Shown one piece after another: positions 25,258 to 38,004 of a stretch of 64,000 bases of DNA. Made by a program: the position numbers and the translations under genes. The DNA comes from Macrostomum lignano (Eukaryota): positions 35,997 through 99,996 of the forward strand of contig NIVC01003393.1 in assembly GCA_002269645.1 (NCBI GenBank). Reading direction: 5' to 3'. The number at the start of each line of letters is the position of its first letter. The stretch's first letter is position 1. A model generated the notes under the pieces. The model was not told the origin of the DNA and did no database searches. It was given only the letters and a program-made list of their open reading frames with translations.

Positions 25258-25989
25258 TTTCCATCGATCATGGCCGATAGGTCAGGGCACGAGGAGAGAC
25301 CGCCTCGTGTCTTGCGGACAGTCTATAGTGAGATGAGCAAACGAGTGGAGCGCTTAGGAATGAAACTGAGCAGTCAGCGGTCCCCCGCCTAAACCAACAA
25401 TAATAACCTCAGCTAAAGCCAATGAAGAAGTCAGGCTTTGTGTGTGCTTCACCCCACCGAACCCCAGAAATGCCAGAGAGATGACAATTGACAAGGGAGA
25501 GACAGGCAGATAGAGGGTGGCACGTGCGGCCTGGGGGAGTCTCATTATGCTGCAGACTAGCCAAGGGTGAATCTGGAACACGTGCGTGCGCACTAAGTCG
25601 AGTGAATGCATGCATGCCCATATAGCTGGGGGGCGGGCATGGCCACATTGTGAAGGAAGCGCTGGGGGGGGGGGGGTACGTGCTCGAGTGGTGGGGCTCA
25701 GTTACACTGCCTGTCTGCATTCTGGTTAATAAATCGCATATTTCACCTTATTCGCCGTGATGCAACCAAGTACAGTACCTGGATTGAGAGCATCAGCTTT
25801 CTAAAGGCTGATCCTGACTCGGGTTCCTAAGACTAAGGCTAATTATAGACTATTAATTTACTCGGTAAATGCGATTCGTTAAAACTGAATTTCTTTGATA
25901 TCGGATTTCACCTAGCAAGTATTCTCTATGGCTACCATGCTGGCTTTGACGGGTGACAACAAATCTTTGGTGAGATTTATGCCTGCCAA

Positions 25990-26890
25990 ACACCAGGGAA
26001 ATCGGGTGCCAAGAGGCCATGAAAAATCGGGCGCCAACAGACAGTGAGAGATCGGGCGCCAACAGGCCATGAGAAATCGGGCGCCAACAGACAATGAAAA
26101 ATCGGGCACCAACAGACAATGAGAAATCGGGCGCCAACAGACAATGAGAAATCGGGCGCCAACTGAAAATGAGAAATCGGGCGCCAACAGACAATGAGAA
26201 ATCGGGCGCCAACAGACAATGAGAAATCGGGCGCCAACTGAAAATGAGAAATCGGGCGCCAACTGAAAATGAGAAATCAAGCGCCAACAGACAATGAGAA
26301 ATCGGGCGCCAACTGAAAATGAGAAATCGGGCGCCAACTGAAAATGAGAAATCGGGCGCCAACTGAAAATGAGAAATCGGGCGCCAACTGAAAATGAGAA
26401 ATCGGGCGCCAACTGAAAATGAGAAATCGGGCGCCAACTGAAAATGAGAAATCGGGCGCCAACTGAAAATGAGAAATCGGGCGCCAACTGAAAATGAGAA
26501 ATCGGGCGCCAACTGAAAATGAGAAATCGGGCGCCAACTGAAAATGAGAAATCGGCGCCAACTGAAAATGAGAAATCGGGCGCCAACTGAAAATGAGAAA
26601 TCGGGCGCCAACAGACAATGAGAAATCGGGCGCCAACAGACAATGAGAAATCGGGCGCCAAATGAAAATGAGAAATCAGGTGCCAACCAACAGGCCATGA
26701 GAAACCGGGCACCAACAGACAATGAAAAATCTGGCGCCAACAGACAATGAGAAATCGGGCGCCAACTGAAAATGAGAAATCGGGCGTCAACTGAAAATGA
26801 GAAATCGGGCGCCAAATGAAAATGAGAAATCGGGCGTCAACTGAAAATGAGAAATCGGGCGCCAACCAACAGGCCATGAGAAATCGGGCG
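25990..26890. repeat. 25-nt minisatellite (TGAGAAATCGGGCGCCAACTGAAAA), ~36 copies
   Basis: Tandem array; it explains the 25-aa periodic ORFs. Confidence 0.95.
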
Positions 26891-27873
26891 CTAATTTTTA
26901 AAGTATACTGTAGAATCAAGCAAATCTGATTAATCAAACAGAGCCTTTCTTGAAGCGATTCGCAAGAAAAGAAACATTGCTTGATTTTTTTGTCCTTCCT
27001 AAATCGTCATTTCATTTAAACCTCAACGCAAGAAATACCCTTTGTATTCCTGCCAGTTACTGAAAGTAGTTTTGGAAAATTTTAAAAAGTTAATACTTGT
27101 TAGAATCGAAGAGTCATAAATGAGTCACGCACAGTTTACCAAGCGCGACCACCAAACGCACAGAGACACAGGAAACTGAGGGGGGGGGAGACTCCAACCA
27201 GAAATGAAAATCATCCACAATAAAATGTAGCCAAACTCCGATGGCGAGCAGCACAGTCTACAGTTGCTGCCAGGCAGGGACCTGTGTCCCAGAAAGTTCC
27301 CACACCAGGCTTCCACCACCAGCGCATTTGAAAGAAGAGCGAGAAAACTGGAGGTGAGGAGGGGGGCAACAGAGACGGGGGCTCTCGTTTCACTTTAATC
27401 ACAGGCTGGCAAAAGGGGCTACAAGATTGAGGGACAGGAGAGCGAGAGAGGAGAGAGTGGGAAAGAGAGTTGAAGCGCAGTTCCATTCCAGGAAACTCGG
27501 AACTATACAGTGCCTTCTCAGCATCTCTCGGCATAGGCAGTTGTATCTGCGCGGCGAGGCGGGCCTCGCATTATAAATACAGCCATGCAGACCCAACAGG
27601 AGGAGGTCAAGCTTCGTCCAAGACGCAATAAGCCCAGCTGGTGGCGACTCAAAATCTGTGTGGCTGTCTTTGGTTTTCTAGCTGTATGACCGAAACCGCT
27701 TCAAAACCGCGGGCTCATAAAGCTAGCCTACCAAAGTAGCCACAACAGACTGAGCAGCGTGTCTGAGCAGTTCAACCAGCCAACTTCCGTGTAATTTCCG
27801 GTGAGTAGCTATCAAGCCCGCCCTGTCAACAGCATCCGGGACTGTAGAAGATATTGTGTTAGTTAATTTTCAG

Positions 27874-28037
27874 GAGTGCCATTGCTCAAGGCACCCTCAC
27901 ACAGGGTGTACAGCGGCCCAGACTTTCTAGTCGTCGGGCATGTACACTCTCTGTGTCTGAGCCCTCCAAAAAGATGTGGCAGCACGCGAAATCGAACTCT
28001 GAGACTTAGGCGCGTGCGAGTCGTACAGAGATTAACA
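27874..28037 (-). mobile_element. Probable degenerate tRNA-derived SINE
   Basis: The minus strand has a B-box-like GAGTTCGATTTC (27999-27988), followed by GTGCCTTGAGCAATGGCACT, which resembles conserved SINE core sequence. The A-box is not clear. Confidence 0.4.
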
Positions 28038-28218
28038 TCTAAAGATTTTGATTTTCCATTTACCTATTGCACAGATATTTGCAAACTTTAAGTCTATGCT
28101 CAATGGTAACCAGCGCCTTGCTGGACCTTCGTGAACTACACTGTGTGCCATTCTATTGAGTGATGAAACCATATCTAACACATCTAACAGAAGATCAAAC
28201 AGGCTGTAGTGTGTTTAA

Positions 28219-28786
28219 CTAGATGACAGCATATCTAACAGCACGCCAGTCTAGATGACAGCATGTCTAACAGAACGCCAGTCTAGATGACAGCATATCT
28301 AACAGTCTAGATGACAGCATATCTAACAGTCTAGATGATAGCATATCTAACAGTCTAGATGACAGCATATCTAACAGTCTAGATGACAGCATATCTAACA
28401 GTCTAGATGACAGCATATCTAACAGTCTAGATGATAGCATATCTAACAGTCTAGATGATAGCATATCTAACAGTCTAGATGACAGCATATCTAACAGTCT
28501 AGATGACAGCATATCTAACAGTCTAGATGATAGCATATCTAACAGTCTAGATGATAGCATATCTAACAGTCTAGATGACAGCATATCTAACAGTCTAGAT
28601 GATAGCATTTCTAACAGTCTAGATGACAGCATATCTAACAGTCTAGATGACAGCATATCTAACAGTCTAGATGACAGCATATCTAACAGTCTAGATGACA
28701 GCATATCTAACAGTCTAGATGACAGCATATCTAACAGTCTAGATGACAGCATATCTAACAGTCTAGATGACAGCATATCTAACAGC
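28219..28786. repeat. 24-nt minisatellite (CTAGATGACAGCATATCTAACAGT), left edge of duplication copy A
   Basis: Tandem array (LLDMLSSR ORF). Confidence 0.95.
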
Positions 28787-29322
28787 TGCACTGTGTGCCA
28801 CTCAAGCGCAGGGCCACCCTAGCAGTTAGACACAGCACAGCATATTTGGCTAATGATATTTGCGCAGCTAAGCTCAGTGTGGGCAGACACCAACCAACAG
28901 TTAACACATTTGTCATTCTGTCTGGACTCCGTCAGTGCTGCGCATCAAAATGCGAAGCGTTAATGTTCACCGCTACAATCAGAGTTGCCAAATAAGCGCA
29001 AGATACTTTTCTGAATGGTAGACGATTAAACTATTAATAAATATACTACTGAGAACCAATATACTACTGACATAGTGTAATTTTTTATGAAATTATAAGA
29101 CAGTTTACACAGTTACTAAATTTGACTAATCGAGTAACATGAAACTCAAGTCTTGCAATTAGTGTATTGAATACAAGCGTAGAAATATATAATCATAAAT
29201 TTAACGCTAACAGCACATTCGGTCAGTCAGATTTAATTTTCATACATTTACATTTATAAACACAAAGTTAAAAATACAATTTTAAAAACACATTGAACAG
29301 GTGAACCGTTATACCGTAACAG

Positions 29323-30403
29323 CAGGTAAACCTACACACACCGGCAGATAAACCTACACACACCGGCAGATAAACCTACACACACCGGCAGATAAACCTA
29401 CACACACCGGCAGGTAAACCTACACACACCGGCAGGTAAACCTAGACACACCGGCAGATAAACCTACACACACCGGCAGGTAAACCTACACACACCGGCA
29501 GGTAAACCTACACACACCGGCAGGTAAACCTACACACACCGGCAGATAAACCTACACACACCGGCAGGTAAACCTACACACACCGGCAGGTAAACCTACA
29601 CACACCGGCAGGTAAACCTACACACACCGGCAGGTAAATCTACACACACCGGCAGGTAAACCTACACACACCGGCAGATAAACCTACACACACCGGCAGA
29701 TAAACCTACACACACCGGCAGATAAACCTACACACACCGGCAGATAAACCTACACACACCGGCAGATAAACCTACACACACCGGCAGGTAAACCTACACA
29801 CACCGGCAGGTAAACCTACACACACCGGCAGGTAAACCTACACACACCGGCAGGTAAACCTACACACACCGGCAGGTAAACCTACACACACCGGCAGGTA
29901 AACCTACACACACCGGCAGATAAACCTACACACACCGGCAGGTAAATCTACACACACCGGCAGGTAAACCTACACACACCGGCAGATAAACCTACACACA
30001 CCGGCAGATAAACCTACACACACCGGCAGATAAACCTACACACACCGGCAGATAAACCTACACACACCGGCAGATAAACCTACACACACCGGCAGGTAAA
30101 CCTACACACACCGGCAGGTAAACCTACACACACCGGCAGGTAAACCTACACACACCGGCAGGTAAACCTACACACACCGGCAGGTAAACCTACACACACC
30201 GGCAGGTAAACCTACACACACCGGCAGGTAAACCTACACACACCGGCAGGTAAATCTACACACACCGGCAGGTAAACCTACACACACCGGCAGGTAAACC
30301 TACACACACCGGCAGGTAAACCTACACACACCGGCAGGTAAACCTACACACACCGGCAGGTAAACCTACACACACAACCTACACACACCGGCAGGTAAAC
30401 CTA
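29323..30403. repeat. 22-nt minisatellite (TAAACCTACACACACCGGCAGG), ~49 copies, immediately 3' of COQ3 copy A
   Basis: Tandem array ending a few nt from the COQ3 stop codon. Confidence 0.95.
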
Positions 30404-30408
30404 CAGCA

Positions 30409-31242
30409 TCAATGAGTGCCAGCAGCTGGCAGTTTCTGCGCCACCAGCCCATAGCTCAGCGACAAGTCCCTACTCCAGGCCCAGCGGCCAGTCAGCGGGT
30501 TCAGCCGCATGCCGACAGTCAGGCGGGTCTCCAGGCCGCAGTCGGCCAGGCGCCTTCGCAGCTGATCAGGCGGGATGAACAGCCGCCAGTCGTGAGTCCC
30601 GGGCGGCACCAGGCGGAGCAGCCGCTCAGCAGCCACCACGCCGAGCCAGTAGGAGGCGGCCGTCCGGTTGATGGTGGTGACAACCAGACAGCCGCCCGGC
30701 CGAAGCAGGTCGGCCGCCGACCGGAGAAATTCCGGCCAGTTGTCGACGTGCTCGAGGACTTCGCTAGCCACGGCCAAGTCGAATTCGGCCGGCCGGTCGG
30801 CAGCCAGCTCGGACACCGTCTGGCACCGGAAGGTCAGCCGGCCATCAGCGATTCCAGACTCGGCAGCGGCCGACTGTTGTCGCCGACTGGACGCTGCCTC
30901 GACGGACTCGGCGACCGGGTCGACGCCGAGCACCCGGACGCCGAGGCGGGCCAGCGGCTCCGCTAGAAGGCCGCCGCCGCAGCCGAGGTCAACCAGTTCG
31001 GCGTCGGCGAGGCCGGCCGGGCCGCGGGCGAAGCTGGCCGCGGTGCGCACCAGAGGCACCCGGAGCCGGTTCAGCGAGTGCAGCGCCTGCAGCGGGCCGG
31101 CCCGGTCCCACCAGCTGTCGGCTAGGCTGGCGAATTTCTGCGCCTCAGCCGCGGATGTCGCCGATGTCGATGCGCTAGACGACGCGGCTGCGGCAGCGGC
31201 GGCCTGCGAGCAGAGGCGGCGAACTGCGGACCGCATGAGCAT
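30409..31242 (-). CDS. COQ3: Ubiquinone biosynthesis O-methyltransferase COQ3, copy A, intronless, 277 aa
   Basis: Mitochondrial-presequence-like N-terminus. Motifs: KFASLADSWWD, LHSLNRLRV, SAM motif LVDLGCGGGLLAEPLARLG, ASEVLEHV, TINRT, LVPPGTHDW and GMRLNPLTGRW. Confidence 0.95.
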   Translation of the reverse strand: MLMRSAVRRLCSQAAAAAAASSSASTSATSAAEAQKFASLADSWWDRAGPLQALHSLNRLRVPLVRTAASFARGPAGLADAELVDLGCGGGLLAEPLARLGVRVLGVDPVAESVEAASSRRQQSAAAESGIADGRLTFRCQTVSELAADRPAEFDLAVASEVLEHVDNWPEFLRSAADLLRPGGCLVVTTINRTAASYWLGVVAAERLLRLVPPGTHDWRLFIPPDQLRRRLADCGLETRLTVGMRLNPLTGRWAWSRDLSLSYGLVAQKLPAAGTH

Positions 31243-31430
31243 GAAAACAATTGCGACAGGGTGGATTGCAAGATCAAATACATCCGAATTTGGGATGGAG
31301 AAAAATGCAGTTAGAGACTCCAGTTAGTCTAATGCAGTTAGAGTTAGATTTTGGGATTTGTAACTTTAGACTGTTGAATTGGGAATAATGGGTGTCCGGG
31401 AATTGGACTAGAGTTAGCGTCCTGGTGAAA

Positions 31431-31767
31431 TGGGACTAGAGGTTTGGGATCTGTGGATTTGGGACTAGAGATTTCGGATCTGTGGATTTGGACTGGAAGT
31501 TTTCTGATCTGTGGATTTGGGACTAGAGGTTTGGGATCTGTGGATTTGGGACTAGAGGTTTGGGATCTGTGGATTTGGGACTAGAGGTTTGGGATCTGTG
31601 GATTTGGGACTAGATGTTTGGGATCTGTGGATTTGGGACTAGAGGTTTGGGATCTGTGGATTTGGGACTAGAGGTTTGGGATCTGTGGATTTGGGACTAG
31701 AGGTTTGGGATCTGTGGAAATGGGACTAGAGGTTTCGGATCCGTGGAAATGGGACTGGAGGTTTAGG
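31431..31767. repeat. 28/29-nt minisatellite (GGGACTAGAGGTTTGGGATCTGTGGATTT), ~12 copies, copy A
   Basis: Tandem array upstream of COQ3 copy A. Confidence 0.95.
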
Positions 31768-32316
31768 ATTTAAGATCAGTGTAAAGATAACTTTTGGGAT
31801 CCGAGATAAAGCGACTAGATAGAGAATGGGATCTTGGCTAGATGAGACTGATGAAGAACACGGAAAATGATTTTATGCAATTTTGACGAGAGACGGGACT
31901 AAAGCAAAAGCCAAAAACTTTGAGAATGTGTACATTTTAAAAACAACAAAAATGAGACCAGAAGACAGCATACATTCCATACTAGAATGCCGAGCAATGC
32001 TGAACATTATGTGGCTGCTTGTAGCACTAGTATTTAGGTATGTTTCAATGCGTATAGAAATATTAATAACAAGCTATTGCAATATGTTGAGCAGGAGAAA
32101 AATGATCTGGCACACACAATGAGGTTAAACATTGTAATCTGGAAGAAACTTAAATAAACACGGGACTGTGAATTAGATAGTCTAGCAAACATGAAATCAA
32201 CTATACAGAAGTTATGGTACTCGGAATGGATTCGAATAAAGCCAGATCCAAATGGGATTTTGGACAAAAGGGATCAGAGAAAACTGGATTTAGATTCGAC
32301 TTAATATGGGAGACTT

Positions 32317-32645
32317 GGGATCCAAGAGAAAGGATTAAGAATGGGACTAATTGGGGAGAAATGGGATCCAAGAAAAAGGATTAAGAATGGGACTAATTGG
32401 GGAGAAATGGGATCCAAGAGAAAGAATTAAGAATGAGACTAATTGGGGAGAAATGGGATCCAAGAGAAAGGATTAAGAATGGGACTAATTGGGGAGAAAT
32501 GGGATCCAAGAGAAAGAATTAAGAATGGGATTAATTTGGGAGAAATGGGATCCAAGAGAAAGGATTAATGGGATTAATTTGGGAGAAATGGGATCCAAGA
32601 GAAAGGATTAATGGGATCAATTTGGGAGAAATGGGATACAAGAAA
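32317..32645. repeat. ~46-nt minisatellite (GGGATCCAAGAGAAAGGATTAAGAATGGGACTAATTTGGGAGAAAT), ~7 copies, copy A
   Basis: Tandem array. Confidence 0.9.
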
Positions 32646-32793
32646 ACGGGATTGAGAATAGGCTTCTGGGGGCATTTTAACAAGGAAGCAGAATTCAGAA
32701 TTCAGAAGGGATCTTAAGAGACGAAGATTTTACAACCAGCATTAACTAACTGACAAAAATATCCCAAAGCATGCACCCCAAGCTAAAACGCGC

Positions 32794-32912
32794 TCATTGT
32801 TTTTTCCCTTGACGCTTCCTCTCTTCTTCCGCCAGCTGATGCTGGCTGAGGTCTCTGAGCAGCCAGTGCGGCAGGAAGTAGAAGGGGGACGCTGGCCCGT
32901 ACCGGGACACCA
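32794..32912 (-). pseudogene. Duplicated 3' fragment of DXO (last ~39 codons) at the duplication breakpoint
   Basis: Near-identical to 38005-38123; homology ends abruptly at GGGACACCA. Confidence 0.88.
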
Positions 32913-32942
32913 CGGACACACTAGATGGGACACACGGGACAC

Positions 32943-33272
32943 TAGATGACAGCATATCTCATATCTAACAGAATGTCTATCTAGATGACAGCATATCTAA
33001 CAGAATTCCTGTCTAGATGACAGCATATCTAACAGAATGCCTGTCTAGATGACAGCATATCTAACAGAATGCCTGTCTAGATGACAGCATATCTCATATC
33101 TAACAGAATGTCTATCTAGATGACAGCATATCTAACAGAATTCCTGTCTAGATGACAGCATATCTAACAGAATGCCTGTCTAGATGACAGCATATCTAAC
33201 AGAATGCCTGTCTAGATGACAGCATATCTCATATGTAACAGAATGTCTATCTAGATGACAGTATATCTAACA
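32943..33272. repeat. CTAGATGACAGCATATCTAACAG-family minisatellite (longer ~30-37 nt variants), copy B
   Basis: Same core as 28219-28786, with inserted AATGCCTGT/CTCATAT segments. Confidence 0.9.
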
Positions 33273-33811
33273 GAGCTGCACTGTGTGTCACTCAGGCGCA
33301 GGGCCACCCTAGCAGTTAGACACAGCACAGCATATTTGGCTAATGATATTTGCGCAGCTAAGCTCAGTTTGGGCAGACACCAACCAACAGTTAACACATT
33401 TGTCATTCTGTCTGGACTCCGTCCGTGCTGCGCATCAAAATGCGAAGCGTTAATGTTCACCGCTACAATCAGAGTTGCCAAATAAGCGCAAGATACTTTG
33501 CTGCATGGTAGACGATTAAACTATTAATAAATATACTACTGAGAACCAATATACTACTGACATAGTGTAATTTTTTTATGAAATTATGAGACAGTTTACA
33601 CGGTGACTAAATTTGACTAATCGAGTAACATGAAACTCAAGTATTGCAATTACAGTATTGAATACGAGCGTAGTAATATATAATTATATATTTAACGCTA
33701 ACAACACATTCGGTCAGAAAGATTTAATTTTCATACATTTACATTTATAAACACAAAGTTAAATACAATTTTAAAAACACATTGAACAGGTAAACCGTTA
33801 TACCGTGACAG

Positions 33812-34153
33812 CAGATAAACCTACACACACCAGCAGATAAACCTACACACACCGGCAGATAAACCTACACACACCGGCAGATAAACCTACACACACCGGC
33901 AGATAAACCTACACACACCGGCAGATAAACCTACACACACCGGCAGATAAACCTACACACACCGGCAGATAAACCTACACACACCGGCAGGTAAACCTAC
34001 ACACACCGGCAGATAAACCTACACACACCGGCAGATAAACCTACACACACCGGCAGATAAACCTACACACACCGGCAGATAAACCTACACACACCGGCAG
34101 ATAAACCTACACACACCGGCAGATAAACCTACACACACCGGCAGGTAAACCTA
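33812..34153. repeat. 22-nt minisatellite, ~15 copies, 3' of COQ3 copy B
   Basis: Paralog of 29323-30403. Confidence 0.95.
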
Positions 34154-34158
34154 CAGCA

Positions 34159-34992
34159 TCAATGAGTGCCAGCAGCTGGCAGTTTCTGCGCCACCAGCCC
34201 GTAGCTCAGCGACAAGTCCCTACTCCAGGCCCAGCGGCCAGTCAGCGGGTTCAGCCGCATGCCGACAGTCAGGCGGGTCTCCAGGCCGCAGTCGGCCAGG
34301 CACCTTCGCAGCTGATCAGGCGGGATGAACAGCCGCCAGTCGTGAGTCCCGGGCGGCACCAGACGGAGCAGCCGCTCAGCAGCCACCACGCCGAGCCAGT
34401 AGGAGGCGGCCGTCCGGTTGATGGTGGTGACAACCAGACAGCCGCCCGGCCGAAGCAGGTCGGCCGCCGACCGGAGAAATTCCGGCCAGTTGTCGACGTG
34501 CTCGAGGACTTCGCTAGCCACGGCCAAGTCGAATTCGGCCGGCCGGTCGGCAGCCAGCTCGGACACCGTCTGGCACCGGAAGGTCAGCCGGCCATCAGCG
34601 ATTCCAGACTCGGCAGCGGCCGACTGTTGTCGCCGACTGGACGCTGCCTCGACGGACTCGGCGACCGGGTCGACGCCGAGCACCCGGACGCCTAGGCGGG
34701 CCAGCGGCTCCGCTAGAAGGCCGCCGCCGCAGCCGAGGTCAACCAGTTCGGCGTCGGCGAGGCCGGCCGGGCCGCGGGCGAAGCTGGCCGCGGTGCGCAC
34801 CAGAGGCACCCGGAGCCGGTTCAGCGAGTGCAGCGCCTGCAGCGGGCCGGCCCGGTCCCACCAGCTGTCGGCTAGGCTGGCGAATTTCTGCGCCTCCGCC
34901 GCGGATGTCGCCGATGTCGATGCGCTAGACGACGCGGCTGCGGCGGCGGCGGCCTGCGAGCAGAGGCGGCGAACTGCGGACCGCATGAGCAT
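34159..34992 (-). CDS. COQ3: Ubiquinone biosynthesis O-methyltransferase COQ3, copy B, intronless, 277 aa
   Basis: Same motifs as copy A. I count 6 nt differences, one of them nonsynonymous (LRRRL to LRRCL). The first true ATG is at 34992; the ORF track starts from a TTG at 34995. Confidence 0.95.
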   Translation of the reverse strand: MLMRSAVRRLCSQAAAAAAASSSASTSATSAAEAQKFASLADSWWDRAGPLQALHSLNRLRVPLVRTAASFARGPAGLADAELVDLGCGGGLLAEPLARLGVRVLGVDPVAESVEAASSRRQQSAAAESGIADGRLTFRCQTVSELAADRPAEFDLAVASEVLEHVDNWPEFLRSAADLLRPGGCLVVTTINRTAASYWLGVVAAERLLRLVPPGTHDWRLFIPPDQLRRCLADCGLETRLTVGMRLNPLTGRWAWSRDLSLSYGLVAQKLPAAGTH

Positions 34993-35156
34993 CAAAACAA
35001 TTGCGACAGGGTGGATTGCAATATCAAATACATCCGAATTTGGGATGGAGAAAAATGCAGTTAGAGACTCCTGATTTTGGGATTTGTAACTTTGGAATGT
35101 TGAATTGGGAATAATGGGTGTCCGGGAATTGGACTAGAGTTAGCGTCCTGGTGAAA

Positions 35157-36467
35157 TGGGACTAGAGGTTTGAGATCTGTGGATTTGGGACTAGAGGTTT
35201 GGGATCTGTGGATTTGGGACTAGAGGTTTGGGATCTGTGGATTTGGGACTAGAGGTTTGGGATCTGTGGATTTGGGACTAGAGGTTTGGGATCTGTGGAT
35301 TTGGGACTAGAGGTTTAGGATCTGTGGATTTGGGACTAGAGGTTTGGGATCTGTGGATTGGGACTAGAGTTTTCGGATCTGTGGATTTGGGACTAGAGGT
35401 TTGGGATCTGTGGATTTGGGACTAGAGGTTTGGGATCTGTGGATTTGGGACTAGAGGTTTGGGATCTGTGGATTGGGACTAGAGGTTTGGGATCTGTGGA
35501 TTGGGACTAGAGGTTTAGGATCTGTGGAAATGGGACTGGAGGTTTCGGATCTGTGGAAATGGGACTAGAGGTTTCGGATCTGTGGAAATGGGACTAGAGG
35601 TTTCGGATCTGTGGAAATGGGACTGGAGGTTTCGGATCTGTGGAAATGGGACTAGAGGTTTCGGATCTGTGGAAATGGGACTGGAGGTTTCGGATCTGTG
35701 GATTTGGGACTAGAGGTTTCGGATCTGTGGAAATGGGACTAGAGGTTTCGGATCTGTGGAAATGGGACTAGAGGTTTCGGATCTGTGGAAATGGGACTGG
35801 AGGTTTCGGATCTGTGGAAATGGGACTGGAGGTTTCGGATCTGTGGAAATGGGACTAGAGGTTTCGGATCTGTGGAAATGGGACTGGAGGTTTCGGATCT
35901 GTGGAAATGGGACTAGAGGTTTCGGATCTGTGGAAATGGGACTGGAGGTTTAGGATCTGTGGATTGGGACTGGAGGTTTAGGATCTGTGGATTGGGACTA
36001 GAGGTTTCGGATCTGTGGAAATGGGACTGGAGGTTTAGGATCTGTGGATTGGGACTGGAGGTTTAGGATCTGTGGATTGGGACTGGAGGTTTAGGATCTG
36101 TGGAAATGGGACTGGAGGTTTAGGATCTGTGGATTGGGACTGGAGGTTTAGGATCTGTGGATTGGGACTGGAGGTTTAGGATCTGTGGAAATGGGACTAG
36201 AGGTTTCGGATCTGTGGATTGGGACTGGAGGTTTCGGATCTGTGGATTGGGACTGGAGGTTTAGGATCTGTGGATTGGGACTGGAGGTTTAGGATCTGTG
36301 GATTGGGACTGGAGGTTTAGGATCTATGGAAATGGGACTAGAGGTTTCGGATCTGTGGAAATGGGACTAGAGGTTTCGGATCTGTGGAAATGGGACTGGA
36401 GGTTTAGGATCTGTGGATTGGGACTGGAGGTTTAGGATCTGTGGATTGGGACTGGAGGTTTAGGATT
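35157..36467. repeat. 28/29-nt minisatellite, ~46 copies, copy B
   Basis: Paralog of 31431-31767. Confidence 0.95.
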
Positions 36468-37016
36468 TAAGATCAGTGTAAATATAACTTTTGGGATCCG
36501 AGATAAAGCGACTAGATAGAGAATGGGATCTTGGCTAAATGAGACTGATGAAGAACACGGAAAATGATTTTATGTAATTTTGACGAGAGACGGGACTAAA
36601 GTAAAAGCCAAAACACACTTTGAGAATGTGTACATTTAAAAAAAACAAAAATGAGACCAGAAGACAGCATACATTCCATACTAGAATGCCGAGCAATGCT
36701 GAACATTATGTGGCTGCTTGTAGCACTAGTATTTAGGTATGTTTCAATGCTTATAATAATATTAATAACAAGCTATTGCAATATGTTGAGCAGGAGAAAA
36801 ATGATCTGGCACACACAATGAGGTTAAACATTGTAATCTGGAAGAAACTTAAATAAACACGGGACTGTGAATTAGATAGTCTAGCAAACATGAAATCAAC
36901 TATACAGAAGTTATGGTACTCGGAATGGATTCGAATAAAGCCAGATCCAAATGGGATTTTGGACAAAAGGGATCAGAGAAAACTGGATTTAGATTCGACT
37001 TAATGTGGGAGACTTG

Positions 37017-37850
37017 GGATCCAAGGTGAAGGATTAAGAATGGGATTAATTAGTGAGAAATGGGATCCAAGGTGAAGGATTAAGAATGGGATTAATTAGT
37101 GAGAAATGGGATCCAAGGTGAAGGATTAAGAATGGGATTAATTAGTGAGAAATGGGATCCAAGGTGAAGGATTAAGAATGGGATTAATTAGTGAGAAATG
37201 GGATCCGAGAGAAAGGATTAAGAATGGGATTAATTTGGGAGAAATGGGATCCAAGAGAAAGGATTAAGAATGGGACTAATTTGGGAGAAATGGGATCAAA
37301 GAGAAAGGATTAAGAATGGGACTAATTTGGAAGAAATGGGATCCAAGAGAAAGGATTAAGAATGGGATTAATTTGGGAGAAATGGGATCCAAGAGAAAGG
37401 ATTAAGAATGGGACTAATTTGGGAGAAATGGGATCCAAGAGAAAGGATAAAGAATGGGACTAATTTGGGAGAAATGGGATCCAAGAGAAAGGATTAAGAA
37501 TGGGACTAATTTGGGAGAAATGGGATCCAAGAGAAAGGATTAAGAATGGGACTAATTTGGGAGAAATGGGATCCAAGAGAAAGGATTAAGAATGGGATTA
37601 ATTAGTGAGAAATGGGATCCAAGAGAAAGGATTAAGAATGGGACTAATTTGGGAGAAATGGGATCCAAGAGAAAGGATAAAGAATGGGACTAATTTGGGA
37701 GAAATGGGATCCAAGAGAAAGGATTAAGAATGGGACTAATTTGGGAGAAATGGGATCCAAGAGAAAGGATTAAGAATGGGACTAATTTGGGAGAAATAGG
37801 ATCCAAGAGAAAGAGTTAAGAATGAGACTAATTTGGGAAAAATGGGATAC
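37017..37850. repeat. 46-nt minisatellite, ~18 copies, copy B
   Basis: Paralog of 32317-32645. Confidence 0.93.
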
Positions 37851-38004
37851 AAGAAAACGGGATTGAGAATAGGCTTCTGGGGGCATTTTAACAAGGAAAC
37901 AGAATTCAGAATCCAGAAGGGATCTTAAGAGACGAAGATTTTACAACCAGCATTAACTAACTGACAAAAATATCCCAAAGCATGCACCCCAAGCTAAAAC
38001 GCGC

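Noticed and set aside
30412-35074. Long antisense ORFs over COQ3 (similar ones lie over DXO, RSPH4A and the 58-63 kb genes)
   Set aside because: These are GC-rich codon shadows with no recognisable motifs.
34993-38004. DXO-COQ3 as a trans-spliced operon
   Set aside because: The genes are on the same strand but about 3 kb apart, mostly satellite, and I could not identify a clear outron or acceptor.
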